NCBI GenBank assembly: GCA_019057635.1
Contig: DXJL01000161.1
Coordinates: 1 to 13,790 of the forward strand
Reading direction: 5' to 3'
Source of the DNA: Candidatus Heimdallarchaeota archaeon
Lineage (GTDB): Archaea; Asgardarchaeota; Heimdallarchaeia; Hodarchaeales; Hodarchaeaceae
DNA: 13,790 nt
A program made the position numbers and the translations under genes. Position 1 is the stretch's first letter. Each line of letters opens with the position of its first letter. Under the pieces are notes generated by a model that was not told the DNA's origin, made no database searches, and saw only the letters and a program-made list of their open reading frames with translations. Of the stretch, positions 1-7,695 are shown one piece after another.

Positions 1-110
1 TAAATTCAAAAATTCAAAAAAACAAAAATTCCAAAAAGTTAAAAACAAATTCTATAAACGTTCTAATAAGGAAAAATGGTGTATTCATAATTTTCTCGTG
101 AGTAATAATA

Positions 111-1202
111 ATGTCCAACATTCAAGATCCTCTTTTAAAACTAAAAAACGACTATTTGAACTTTATAGCCCAAGCAAACAAATCTTTAGGTTATAATCCA
201 TATTTAAAAGGTGTATTGTTCGCTTTGATGTTGGATGGGGGGTTGCTTTCACAAGAAGAAATTATGCTCTTAACTGGATATAGTAGATCCATGGTTTCAG
301 AAACTTTAGCTGAACTGACCGAATTTACAAGTAGATATCCCGTACATGAGTCACGGAAAAAAGGGGATAAGAAAAAATATTACAGCAGTTCTCTAACTTT
401 CGTACAATACACCAAGATCTTGGCAAAAACGAACTTAGAAGCCTCTGAAACTAGTTATGATTTTGTTGATGAAATGCTACCTCGTTTGGAGACCCTAACT
501 CCTCAAACCCCCGATATAGCACATGTTAGAAACCTGATGGTTTTTCTAAAATCAACTTATTTTAGTGTACGAGCAATTATTAATTATCTTGATGATAAAC
601 TAGATTATATTTTGGAAACTGGCGAATTTCCAGATATATCACCTTACATTAGTCGATCTCTAGAAAAAAACAAACCTACCTCTCAGATATCAAATATAAT
701 ACCTGAATCAGACAGTTTGTATCAAATAAAAACGGATTTCATCTCTCGATTACTTGAAGTAATTCCTCCTTCAGGAAAACAAAGAGATGTAGTCACGATT
801 TATTTTAGTTTATTTTTAGAACGAGAACCTGTAACTCAGGATCAACTCAAGGAGTTTACAGGAGCCAGTCGAACAGCTATCTCTGAAACTCTTTCCTTAC
901 TTACGAGCATTAGAAGTGTCAAAATTGTTAAAAAACCACGAGATAGGAAAAAATATTACTCTCCATTAATGAGTATGGCAGAATATAGTCTTTCAAAATA
1001 TACTAATCAGAAAAGAGTATTTACACAGATAAAAACCGCAATAAATTCCGAGATTATTCCTGAGCTAAAAACAATAACAGGGAATGCTGAGGAGATAACA
1101 AAGATTGAAAACTTCCTGAATGAAAATGTACGGTGTTATCAAATACTAGAAGATTTTATTACACTAATGTATCATACATTTGATCAAAATTATTCCCCCT
1201 AA
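111..1202 (+). CDS. Transcriptional regulator with two tandem GbsR/MarR-like winged-HTH units
   Basis: 363-aa ORF with GTGA SD at 98-101. Two homologous wHTH segments, LSQEEIMLLTGYSRSMVSETL...RKKGDKKKYYS and VTQDQLKEFTGASRTAISETL...KKPRDRKKYYS, each followed by a helical region. The 'TGxSRxxxS...G/RDRKxYY' pattern is typical of the GbsR/COG1510 family. Confidence 0.8.
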   Translation: MSNIQDPLLKLKNDYLNFIAQANKSLGYNPYLKGVLFALMLDGGLLSQEEIMLLTGYSRSMVSETLAELTEFTSRYPVHESRKKGDKKKYYSSSLTFVQYTKILAKTNLEASETSYDFVDEMLPRLETLTPQTPDIAHVRNLMVFLKSTYFSVRAIINYLDDKLDYILETGEFPDISPYISRSLEKNKPTSQISNIIPESDSLYQIKTDFISRLLEVIPPSGKQRDVVTIYFSLFLEREPVTQDQLKEFTGASRTAISETLSLLTSIRSVKIVKKPRDRKKYYSPLMSMAEYSLSKYTNQKRVFTQIKTAINSEIIPELKTITGNAEEITKIENFLNENVRCYQILEDFITLMYHTFDQNYSP

Positions 1203-1290
1203 ACAACTCTTACTTTTTCCGATTAGAAGAAAAGACTAGAGGGGTTCAATTACGAAGATACAATAAACAAAAGAATTCTTAAGAAAAATT

Positions 1291-1326
1291 AAAAGAGAAA
1301 AAAAAGAGGGGAGCAAAGGATTGCTC
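1291..1326 (-). terminator. Intrinsic terminator of the actin gene
   Basis: On the - strand, 1 nt after the TAA: GAGCAA-TCCT-TTGCTC (perfect 6-bp stem, 1326-1311), then CCCTC-TTTTTTTT-CTCTTTT. Confidence 0.75.
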
Positions 1327-1327
1327 T

Positions 1328-2470
1328 TTAGATAGCTCTCTTGATAACGGTTGGACCCTGCTCTTGATATTCTTTGCGAGATACCCAAAGGCGTTGGAAT
1401 GTCTTTAGGGAGGAGAGAATAGAACCACCAATCCAAACAGAGTAACGTCGTTCGGGAGGGGCAACGATACGAATCTCGACATTGTCAGGGACAAGCTCGG
1501 TGAGTTCTTTGTGAAGACGTTCTTTTAATCCAGGGAACATAGTTGATCCACCAGATAGAACAATGTTTTGGTACAGTTCTTTTCGAAGGTCAATATCACA
1601 AAGTTGAACTGCATTATAAATAGCTTCATCTAAAGGAGTTTCTTCTTTTCCGATAGCACTGGGGTTGAAGAAAGCTTCAGGGGCTAAGAATCGTTCAGGA
1701 CCAATGGTCAAAGTTTCACCATCAGGAAGAGTATATTGCTTTTCCATACCAGAGACTTTTTCAGCTAACTTGAGTTCCTTTTCAGGATCAAGAGCAACAT
1801 AACAGAGACGTTCTTTGATATCACGAACAATTTCACGTTCGGCGGAAGAGGTTAATGCACGACCACGTGTACGCAATAATCGGCGTAAATACTCGGTAAT
1901 ATCACGACCGGCAATATCAATACGGCTAATAGCATGGGCAATGGCGAATCCTTCATAGATAGGGACAATGTGTATAACACCATCACCAGCATCAATAACT
2001 AATCCAGTTGTTCTTCCAGAAGCATAGAGAGAAAGAACTGCCTGCATAGATACATACATTGCTGGAACGTTGAAGGTTTCAAAGAGAATTTCTGCCATCT
2101 TTTCACGATTTTTACCAGGATTGAGTGGGGCCTCGGTAAGAAGTATTGGATGCTCACTTGGATTAACTCGTAAATCGTTGTGGAACGTATAGTGCCAGAT
2201 TTTTTCCATTGCATCCCAGTCTGTAACAACTCCGTGCACAATGGGGTATATTAATTTGAGTACACCCCGAAGGTTCATAGCTTCTTCGCCTACATAGTAT
2301 TCACGGACATAATGATCTACATCGGACATAATGGATTGGTATTTAGGGTACCCGATCAAAGTGGGGAAAACTGAACGAGGTTGATCCTCACCAGCATAAC
2401 CATTCTTTGATAAACCAGTACCATTATCAATAACGAGGGGTTTACCTGTAATTCCTTCTGCTAGGGACAT
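1328..2470 (-). CDS. Asgard actin (Lokiactin-type, eukaryote-like actin), 380 aa
   Basis: Collinear with eukaryotic actin along its whole length: VIDNGTG (phosphate-1), [40 protein letters not shown] (phosphate-2), [38 protein letters not shown]. No introns. I place the start at ATG 2470 rather than GTG 2479 because that GTG lies in an SD-like AAGTGA 5 nt upstream. Confidence 0.96.
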   Translation of the reverse strand: MSLAEGITGKPLVIDNGTGLSKNGYAGEDQPRSVFPTLIGYPKYQSIMSDVDHYVREYYVGEEAMNLRGVLKLIYPIVHGVVTDWDAMEKIWHYTFHNDLRVNPSEHPILLTEAPLNPGKNREKMAEILFETFNVPAMYVSMQAVLSLYASGRTTGLVIDAGDGVIHIVPIYEGFAIAHAISRIDIAGRDITEYLRRLLRTRGRALTSSAEREIVRDIKERLCYVALDPEKELKLAEKVSGMEKQYTLPDGETLTIGPERFLAPEAFFNPSAIGKEETPLDEAIYNAVQLCDIDLRKELYQNIVLSGGSTMFPGLKERLHKELTELVPDNVEIRIVAPPERRYSVWIGGSILSSLKTFQRLWVSRKEYQEQGPTVIKRAI

Positions 2471-2501
2471 TTTTATCACTTAATTTATTTGTTGTTTTAT
2501 C

Positions 2502-2611
2502 GCTTTACGAACCGAAGTTTGGTAAGCAACCGTAATTTTCGATTTCATGGGATGCCTTTTATATACCGCACAGATATCGTTTCACTCGAATAAATGAAAT
2601 TGTATCTGCGG
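2502..2611 (-). promoter_or_regulatory. Putative structured 5' leader of the actin mRNA (two hairpins)
   Basis: Long imperfect hairpin at 2611-2566 (CCGCAGATA..TTTCATTT/ATTC/GAGTGAAA..TATCTGTGCGG). Second hairpin at 2527-2502, capped by a cUUCGg tetraloop (AAC-TTCG-GTT). Confidence 0.4.
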
Positions 2612-2650
2612 GTTCGATTAGCTCAATGCAGGTCAAAGATATTGTTGTTT

Positions 2651-2670
2651 TATTATAAAGTTTCCCTTTC
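2651..2670 (-). promoter_or_regulatory. BRE + TATA box, probable actin promoter
   Basis: - strand reads GAAAGGGAAA-CTTTATAATA: a purine-rich BRE directly followed by TTTATAAT. Predicts a TSS near 2630 and a ~160-nt leader. Confidence 0.6.
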
Positions 2671-3257
2671 GCTAGATGAAGATCTTTAAACGAGTTTTAT
2701 GTCAATTATATGGGTGGAATAATGAGTTCACTCATAATAAGTGAAGCGATTCATAAGTACTAGACTTTTGTCCTATATTTTCCAAAAAAGACGGGGAATC
2801 AGCCAATTATTGCTCACGAAAAGATTCTCTAGTAAAACTATCCGCCTAATGGATTTTGCTCTTTAAATGAGGAATACAATGTAAAAATAGCATGTAATGT
2901 AAATTCTTTGCACTTACTTGTTAAGAATCCTTAATTATATTGGTTAATGGATTTTTTCTTATTTTCAGGAAGAAATTAGTTGTGAAAAGTTGTTTTAGGA
3001 TTATAGAATAAGATAAACTATGTTTAATATGCTCTAGTTCACTATGAAGAATCCATTCTCTGGAAGTTTTTATGGAGATTTGTAATCTCTCAATCTAGTT
3101 CCTAATACTATTCATCCAAAGTACGAGCTCATTTTTTAAATTCAAAAAACTATAAAAATTCTCTTGGAATTAAGTTGAATATCTACTATATTCTGAGGAA
3201 GAAAGATGACTTCTTCGATTAAATAACAAATACAAGTATTCTCATGAGGTTTATTCT

Positions 3258-4253
3258 ATGTCAGAAGAAAAATATCGGTTTGATTTAAGTGATGGATTTG
3301 GAAAAGAGGATATCTTTGCCATATTCGGCGCAATTTGGCGTTTTTTTGCGTTTTTTTTGAAATTAATCTTTTATCCTTATGTATGGATTTTTAGAATGTT
3401 TGGACGGTCAATTCGTTTTGTTCGGACTAAAAAATCCCCAGAAAAGGCTCTTGATCCCGATGAACGTAGTTTTATTGAGAGTGTTCCAGGATTTTTTGTT
3501 TTAACTGGCTTTTTTGGAGGTATATTGTTCGCAGCTGTTGTTTGGTTGTCTGACCAAACAGGTTTGAGTGACTTTCTGGATGATATTAATCTTACATCTA
3601 TAATAGAGATGTTTGGACACTTCTTTGGATTTATTCTAGAGATCATCTTATGGATAATAGGCATTGATAAGAAGAATGCTGCTGGTGAGGTCATTCTAGA
3701 TCGATTTGGATTACTTGATCTTATTTTTGATATATTCTATGAAATGATCTTACTTAACATCGTTGGTTTCGTAGCTCAAGATGCGATTATGACGTTCATC
3801 GGGATTGGCGTTGTTGGTGTTATTCTAGCAGTAGTGTGGATCGTAATTAGCGAAACAGGAATAGTTGGTGGTATAATTGGTTTTATTGCGAAAATTCTTA
3901 ATTTTATCATAACAGTTCCCACTAACTTTTGGGAAAGAGCAAATAAAGTATATATTAAATTCAATAACATAATGGCCTCAATTGTGATTGGCCAAGAAAG
4001 ACTTGATGAAAGAAATATCGGTTTTCATCGAAAGATCCTCCTTTTAACATTAGGATTAGGAATCTATACGTTTATTGCAGGCATTGTAGTAGGTGTTTCT
4101 AACCCCCAAGATCTAATTAATCCTATTGGATACATCTTTGTCGTTATTCTAGTGCTTGGAATCGGTGTCGGTATAATCGAAATGTTTCTAATCGTTAGAA
4201 TCTTGGATATCGTGTCTCGCAAAAAATACGCTCCAGGAAAATCAGCTGAATAA
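3258..4253 (+). CDS. Uncharacterised polytopic membrane protein (about 4-6 TM or amphipathic helices), 331 aa
   Basis: Long ORF with GAGGT SD at 3246-3250. Hydrophobic stretches at aa ~79-97, 121-136, 177-197, 260-280 and 290-313; basic C-terminal tail. No family recognised. Confidence 0.85.
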   Translation: MSEEKYRFDLSDGFGKEDIFAIFGAIWRFFAFFLKLIFYPYVWIFRMFGRSIRFVRTKKSPEKALDPDERSFIESVPGFFVLTGFFGGILFAAVVWLSDQTGLSDFLDDINLTSIIEMFGHFFGFILEIILWIIGIDKKNAAGEVILDRFGLLDLIFDIFYEMILLNIVGFVAQDAIMTFIGIGVVGVILAVVWIVISETGIVGGIIGFIAKILNFIITVPTNFWERANKVYIKFNNIMASIVIGQERLDERNIGFHRKILLLTLGLGIYTFIAGIVVGVSNPQDLINPIGYIFVVILVLGIGVGIIEMFLIVRILDIVSRKKYAPGKSAE

Positions 4254-4267
4254 TAATTTTTCAAGAT

Positions 4268-4299
4268 AGTAGGAGGATTCCTCCTACTTTCCTTTTTCT
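4268..4299 (+). terminator. Intrinsic terminator after the membrane-protein gene
   Basis: AGTAGGAGG-ATT-CCTCCTACT (perfect 9-bp stem, 4268-4288) followed by TTCCTTTTTCT, 14 nt after the stop codon. Confidence 0.75.
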
Positions 4300-4300
4300 G

Positions 4301-4312
4301 TTATTATAAAAA
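4301..4312 (+). promoter_or_regulatory. TATA box for the gamma-CA gene (possibly a leaderless transcript)
   Basis: TTATTATAAAAA centred ~25 nt upstream of ATG 4331. No clear BRE. Confidence 0.45.
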
Positions 4313-4330
4313 TCTTGAAAAACGTGGACC

Positions 4331-4882
4331 ATGAGTAATAATATTAGAACAATTATGACACTCTATCAATTTGAAGACTCTACTCCAATTCTTGGTGAGG
4401 ATTCGTATGTTGCTAGTACGGCAGAAGTGATTGGAGATGTAAAAATCGGCAACAACTGTTATATAGGCCCAGGAGCAAAAATTCGTGGGGACTACTGTAG
4501 AATTCGTATTGGAAACCGAACTTCGCTTCAAGAAAATTGTGTTATGCATGCTGGCCCTGATCAAGTTGCGCTAATAGGAGATAATGTCACAATTGGGCAT
4601 GGTGCGATTGTACACGGACCTACGATTCATAATAATGTTATCATAGGAATGGGAGCTATTGTTAATGACCATGCGGTGATACATGATTGGTGTTTAATTG
4701 CAGCTGGTTCATTGGTTACTGGGAAACAAATTATCCAAGAAGAATCTCTGGTAGTTGGTGTACCAGCAAAATTTGTGAGAAAAATTTCCAATACTAACCG
4801 CACATTGATTGAGTATTCAGCAAATCTGTATGCTGAACTAGCTCCCCGTTATCTTGCTGGTTTGAAGAAATTGGCCGAATAA
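4331..4882 (+). CDS. Gamma-carbonic-anhydrase family hexapeptide-repeat protein (PaaY/CaiE/YrdA-like)
   Basis: Left-handed beta-helix hexapeptides (VIGDVKIGNNCYIGPGAKIRGD). Three His metal ligands present (CVMH, TIGH, AIVH), plus RGD and QEN motifs, GVPAKFVR and a C-terminal helix. The true start may be ATG 4355 (MTLYQFED). Confidence 0.92.
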   Translation: MSNNIRTIMTLYQFEDSTPILGEDSYVASTAEVIGDVKIGNNCYIGPGAKIRGDYCRIRIGNRTSLQENCVMHAGPDQVALIGDNVTIGHGAIVHGPTIHNNVIIGMGAIVNDHAVIHDWCLIAAGSLVTGKQIIQEESLVVGVPAKFVRKISNTNRTLIEYSANLYAELAPRYLAGLKKLAE

Positions 4883-4938
4883 CTTAGTTTAAAATTGATA
4901 CCAGTTCTGATAAATCAATATGAAATTGTTTGGTGTCG

Positions 4939-7548
4939 ATGGTGAAACAGAATTTTGTTACAGACATTGAGTTTGTTCTGTTAGATGCTGATTATTCTGT
5001 TTCTAATGATCAAAGATCAGCCAATATTCATTTGTGGGGAAAATCTGGAAATAAAAGGGTGGAAGTCATAGTAAAAGGATTTTCCCCCTACTTTTATGTT
5101 GAAACCTCAGAGGAAAACGTTCAAGAAATCATTAGTGAAGAGGAGGGGCTATTACAATCATGGATTATTACCACACAAATATGTCACAAACAGACATATT
5201 TTGGGGCAAAAAAAAAGATTCTAACCAAGATCATTGGTCGACGTCCATATCAGGTTCCCAAGGTTCGTTCAGTTTTCGAACGTAAAGGGTTCAAGGTCTT
5301 AGAAGCAGATATTCCTTTTACAAAACGATTTTTGATTGATCAGAAATTAAGAGCTTTACATATGCTCTCTGTAACTGGAAAAATCACTAATGAAACCTCT
5401 TCTGAAATTGTGATGGAGACAGGATATCAAAATGTGAACCTATCTCCCTCTCAAAATATTGATTATCTGCCATTAGTTCTCGCATTTGATATCGAAGTAA
5501 ATGAACAAGGGGAATCTTTTCAAGAATTATTCAACGATAAAGTGCGCAGAATTACGGCTATTTCGTATGCTTGGGGAAAACTAGGAGTAGCCAAACCTGA
5601 AGTAAGTGCACTCATTCTGGATGCCGATAATGATGCTGCTGAAAAGAGATTATTGCACGATTTCATTGTTAATTTAAGGACCATAGCTCCAGATATTTTT
5701 GTTTCCTTTAATGGTACTTATTTCGACATTCCTTATCTTAAAGCGCGAATGACACGGTATAGTTTATCATTAGGATCACTTGCACTATTCGAAAATCGAC
5801 AAACTGATATTATTCGAACTAGTGTTCCAACTGATGGATATCGTTTGAAAGGAAGGGCAGTTGTCGATCTATTACCCAAAACATGGCATATTCATCCTCT
5901 TTCAGGTCAAAAGAATTTAGACACAATTGCCAGTATGTTGTTGGGAGAGACCAAAATCAAGTCAGACAAAAGCCTTGGAGAATTATGGAGGCATAGCATT
6001 AAAGGGTCGCAATCGGATGAAGATCTATTCTACCAATATTCAATCACTGATTCAATCCTCACCTTTCGGTTAGCTTCTGAGTTAGGTGTAAATACGACTG
6101 TTGAGTTATGTAAACTGGCTGGTTACCTCTTACCTGAAGGCTTACTCTCCACTAGTCGTAATATTGGAGAATTTGAATTAATGCGTATTTTACATGAGAG
6201 AGACATCCTTGTTCCTTCTAAACCAACAAAAACTGAGATATCAAAGCGGAACGCATTAAAAGAGAAATATCCTCATCTCGGGGGTTGGGTTATAGACCCA
6301 GAAGTAGATGAAGCATTATTTGTAGCCATTCTTGACTTTCGATCGTTGTATCCAAACATAGTAAGACAGCATAATATATCTGGAGAAACGTTAATTTCCC
6401 ACTCTGAGTCTAAAAAACCTGAAGATCGTTTTCTGAGACATCCAAGAGGTGCATTCGCTGACCTTATGGATCGAATACTGGTTGAGAGATATAATTCTAT
6501 TAGTCTTTTAAATTCTCTTAAAAAGGAAGGCCCCTCTCCTGAACAACAGAGAAATGTGCATCTACTTGAAAAACAGCAACGCTCTTTAAAACTGATGGCT
6601 AACTCACTATGTGGTGCGGCGAACTACCCTCGTGGACGTTTCTATCATCATCTCTTATCAAATAGCATCACAGGGATCGCTCGGGAGTTATTAGGAGAAA
6701 GATTGCAGGATTGGACAAAGCAATTTTCAAAGAATCATGATTATGATGTAGAAGTTCGATATGGTGATACAGATTCGATTTTTTGTGAGTTTATTAGTCC
6801 TAACTTGCGCCCCTCTGATTTTCTTCCTTCAATATCTGAAGAGAAACGAAATAAAAGCATTAAATTACTTGAAAGTTATATCCATGAATATCAACATTAT
6901 CTCACGACTAATCTTCCTGATCTCTTGGAATTAAAACTTGAAGATATTGCCTTTAGAATCATTCTAAAAAAAGGACGGAAGAAAGCCTATGCCTATCTCT
7001 CCCTAATTTCTCAAGAGGTAATCATTCGAGGTTTCGAAGCTGTTCGTTCTGACTGGTCCCCTTTAGCGAAGCAAACTCAACGGGCACTCCTTGAAAGATT
7101 GTTAATGGATTTTTCTGAAAATCGATTACAGAATGCTCGAAAAATAGTTATTCAAACTTGTCGATTTATCTTGAAATCTTCCATAGATGACTTACTCACC
7201 GAATTAAGTATCAGAGGACCAGTAAAACGTGCGCCTACGAAGTATAAAACTCGAACACCTGCAGTAGGTGCGTTTCTCAATTACTGCAAAGATCAAAACT
7301 TAGATCCTGAGGTAGAATGGAAACAGTGGGATGGTTTCCCTTATATTATAGCAAAGAGTGCACTTAGTCAACCTCAATTTAAGCGTGCATATCATCCTGA
7401 CGTTTTTCGGACTGGTACAAAAGAAATTGATCGTACTCACTACATTAAAGAAATACTTGGGGCTAGTAATCGGTTTGGGATTTCACTCAATGAGAATGAA
7501 GCTCTAAGCGGCCGTTTTATAATCCCATTAACTGAATTTTTTCATTAA
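4939..7548 (+). CDS. polB: Family B DNA polymerase, archaeal PolB3-like
   Basis: ExoI FDIE, ExoII FNGTYFDIPYL, ExoIII YSITD; motif A LDFRSLYPNI, motif B KLMANSLCG, motif C YGDTDS; KKAY and RGFEAVRSDWS. N-terminal uracil-pocket motifs LLDADY, PYFY, QVPKVR, EADIPF. ATG 4939 (preceded by GGTG) preferred over TTG 4930. Confidence 0.95.
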   Translation: MVKQNFVTDIEFVLLDADYSVSNDQRSANIHLWGKSGNKRVEVIVKGFSPYFYVETSEENVQEIISEEEGLLQSWIITTQICHKQTYFGAKKKILTKIIGRRPYQVPKVRSVFERKGFKVLEADIPFTKRFLIDQKLRALHMLSVTGKITNETSSEIVMETGYQNVNLSPSQNIDYLPLVLAFDIEVNEQGESFQELFNDKVRRITAISYAWGKLGVAKPEVSALILDADNDAAEKRLLHDFIVNLRTIAPDIFVSFNGTYFDIPYLKARMTRYSLSLGSLALFENRQTDIIRTSVPTDGYRLKGRAVVDLLPKTWHIHPLSGQKNLDTIASMLLGETKIKSDKSLGELWRHSIKGSQSDEDLFYQYSITDSILTFRLASELGVNTTVELCKLAGYLLPEGLLSTSRNIGEFELMRILHERDILVPSKPTKTEISKRNALKEKYPHLGGWVIDPEVDEALFVAILDFRSLYPNIVRQHNISGETLISHSESKKPEDRFLRHPRGAFADLMDRILVERYNSISLLNSLKKEGPSPEQQRNVHLLEKQQRSLKLMANSLCGAANYPRGRFYHHLLSNSITGIARELLGERLQDWTKQFSKNHDYDVEVRYGDTDSIFCEFISPNLRPSDFLPSISEEKRNKSIKLLESYIHEYQHYLTTNLPDLLELKLEDIAFRIILKKGRKKAYAYLSLISQEVIIRGFEAVRSDWSPLAKQTQRALLERLLMDFSENRLQNARKIVIQTCRFILKSSIDDLLTELSIRGPVKRAPTKYKTRTPAVGAFLNYCKDQNLDPEVEWKQWDGFPYIIAKSALSQPQFKRAYHPDVFRTGTKEIDRTHYIKEILGASNRFGISLNENEALSGRFIIPLTEFFH

Positions 7549-7695
7549 AAAGAAAAATATGATCAGTGTAGGTTGTATTCAATTTTTTGCAACCATAAAT
7601 GGATAAAATCAGTGAAAGAAAGCAACCTGGTACTAGTTCGAAATACTAGAACAGCCTGATTTTGTGTGTTCTAATGCTTGGTATCTAATAAGACT

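Noticed and set aside
1236-2241. Short - strand ORFs 1236..1436 and 1999..2241
   Set aside because: Alternative frames overlapping actin, with no motifs; the first runs through the terminator.
1328-2470. Eukaryotic contamination as the source of the actin
   Set aside because: The gene is intron-less, has archaeal promoter and SD signals, is contiguous with an archaeal PolB, and diverges more than typical eukaryotic actins.
2608-2630. tRNA-like words GGTTCGA and TAGCTCAA (possible tRNA or permuted tRNA)
   Set aside because: No T-stem, D-stem, anticodon arm or acceptor stem can be formed.
2594-2640. SECIS-like ATGA...GA flanked stem on the + strand
   Set aside because: It lacks the apical AA at the expected 5' position, is not in a 3' UTR, and there is no in-frame UGA selenoprotein candidate nearby.
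3377-4564. Antisense ORFs 3377..3694, 3776..3970, 4064..4264 and 4304..4564
   Set aside because: Shadows of well-supported + strand genes; their composition mirrors the sense codons.
4939-7548. PolB as a viral/casposon polymerase, an intein host or an inactive PolB2
   Set aside because: No protein-primed TPR inserts, cas1 or viral neighbours; no intein-sized insertion; all exo and pol acidic residues are present.
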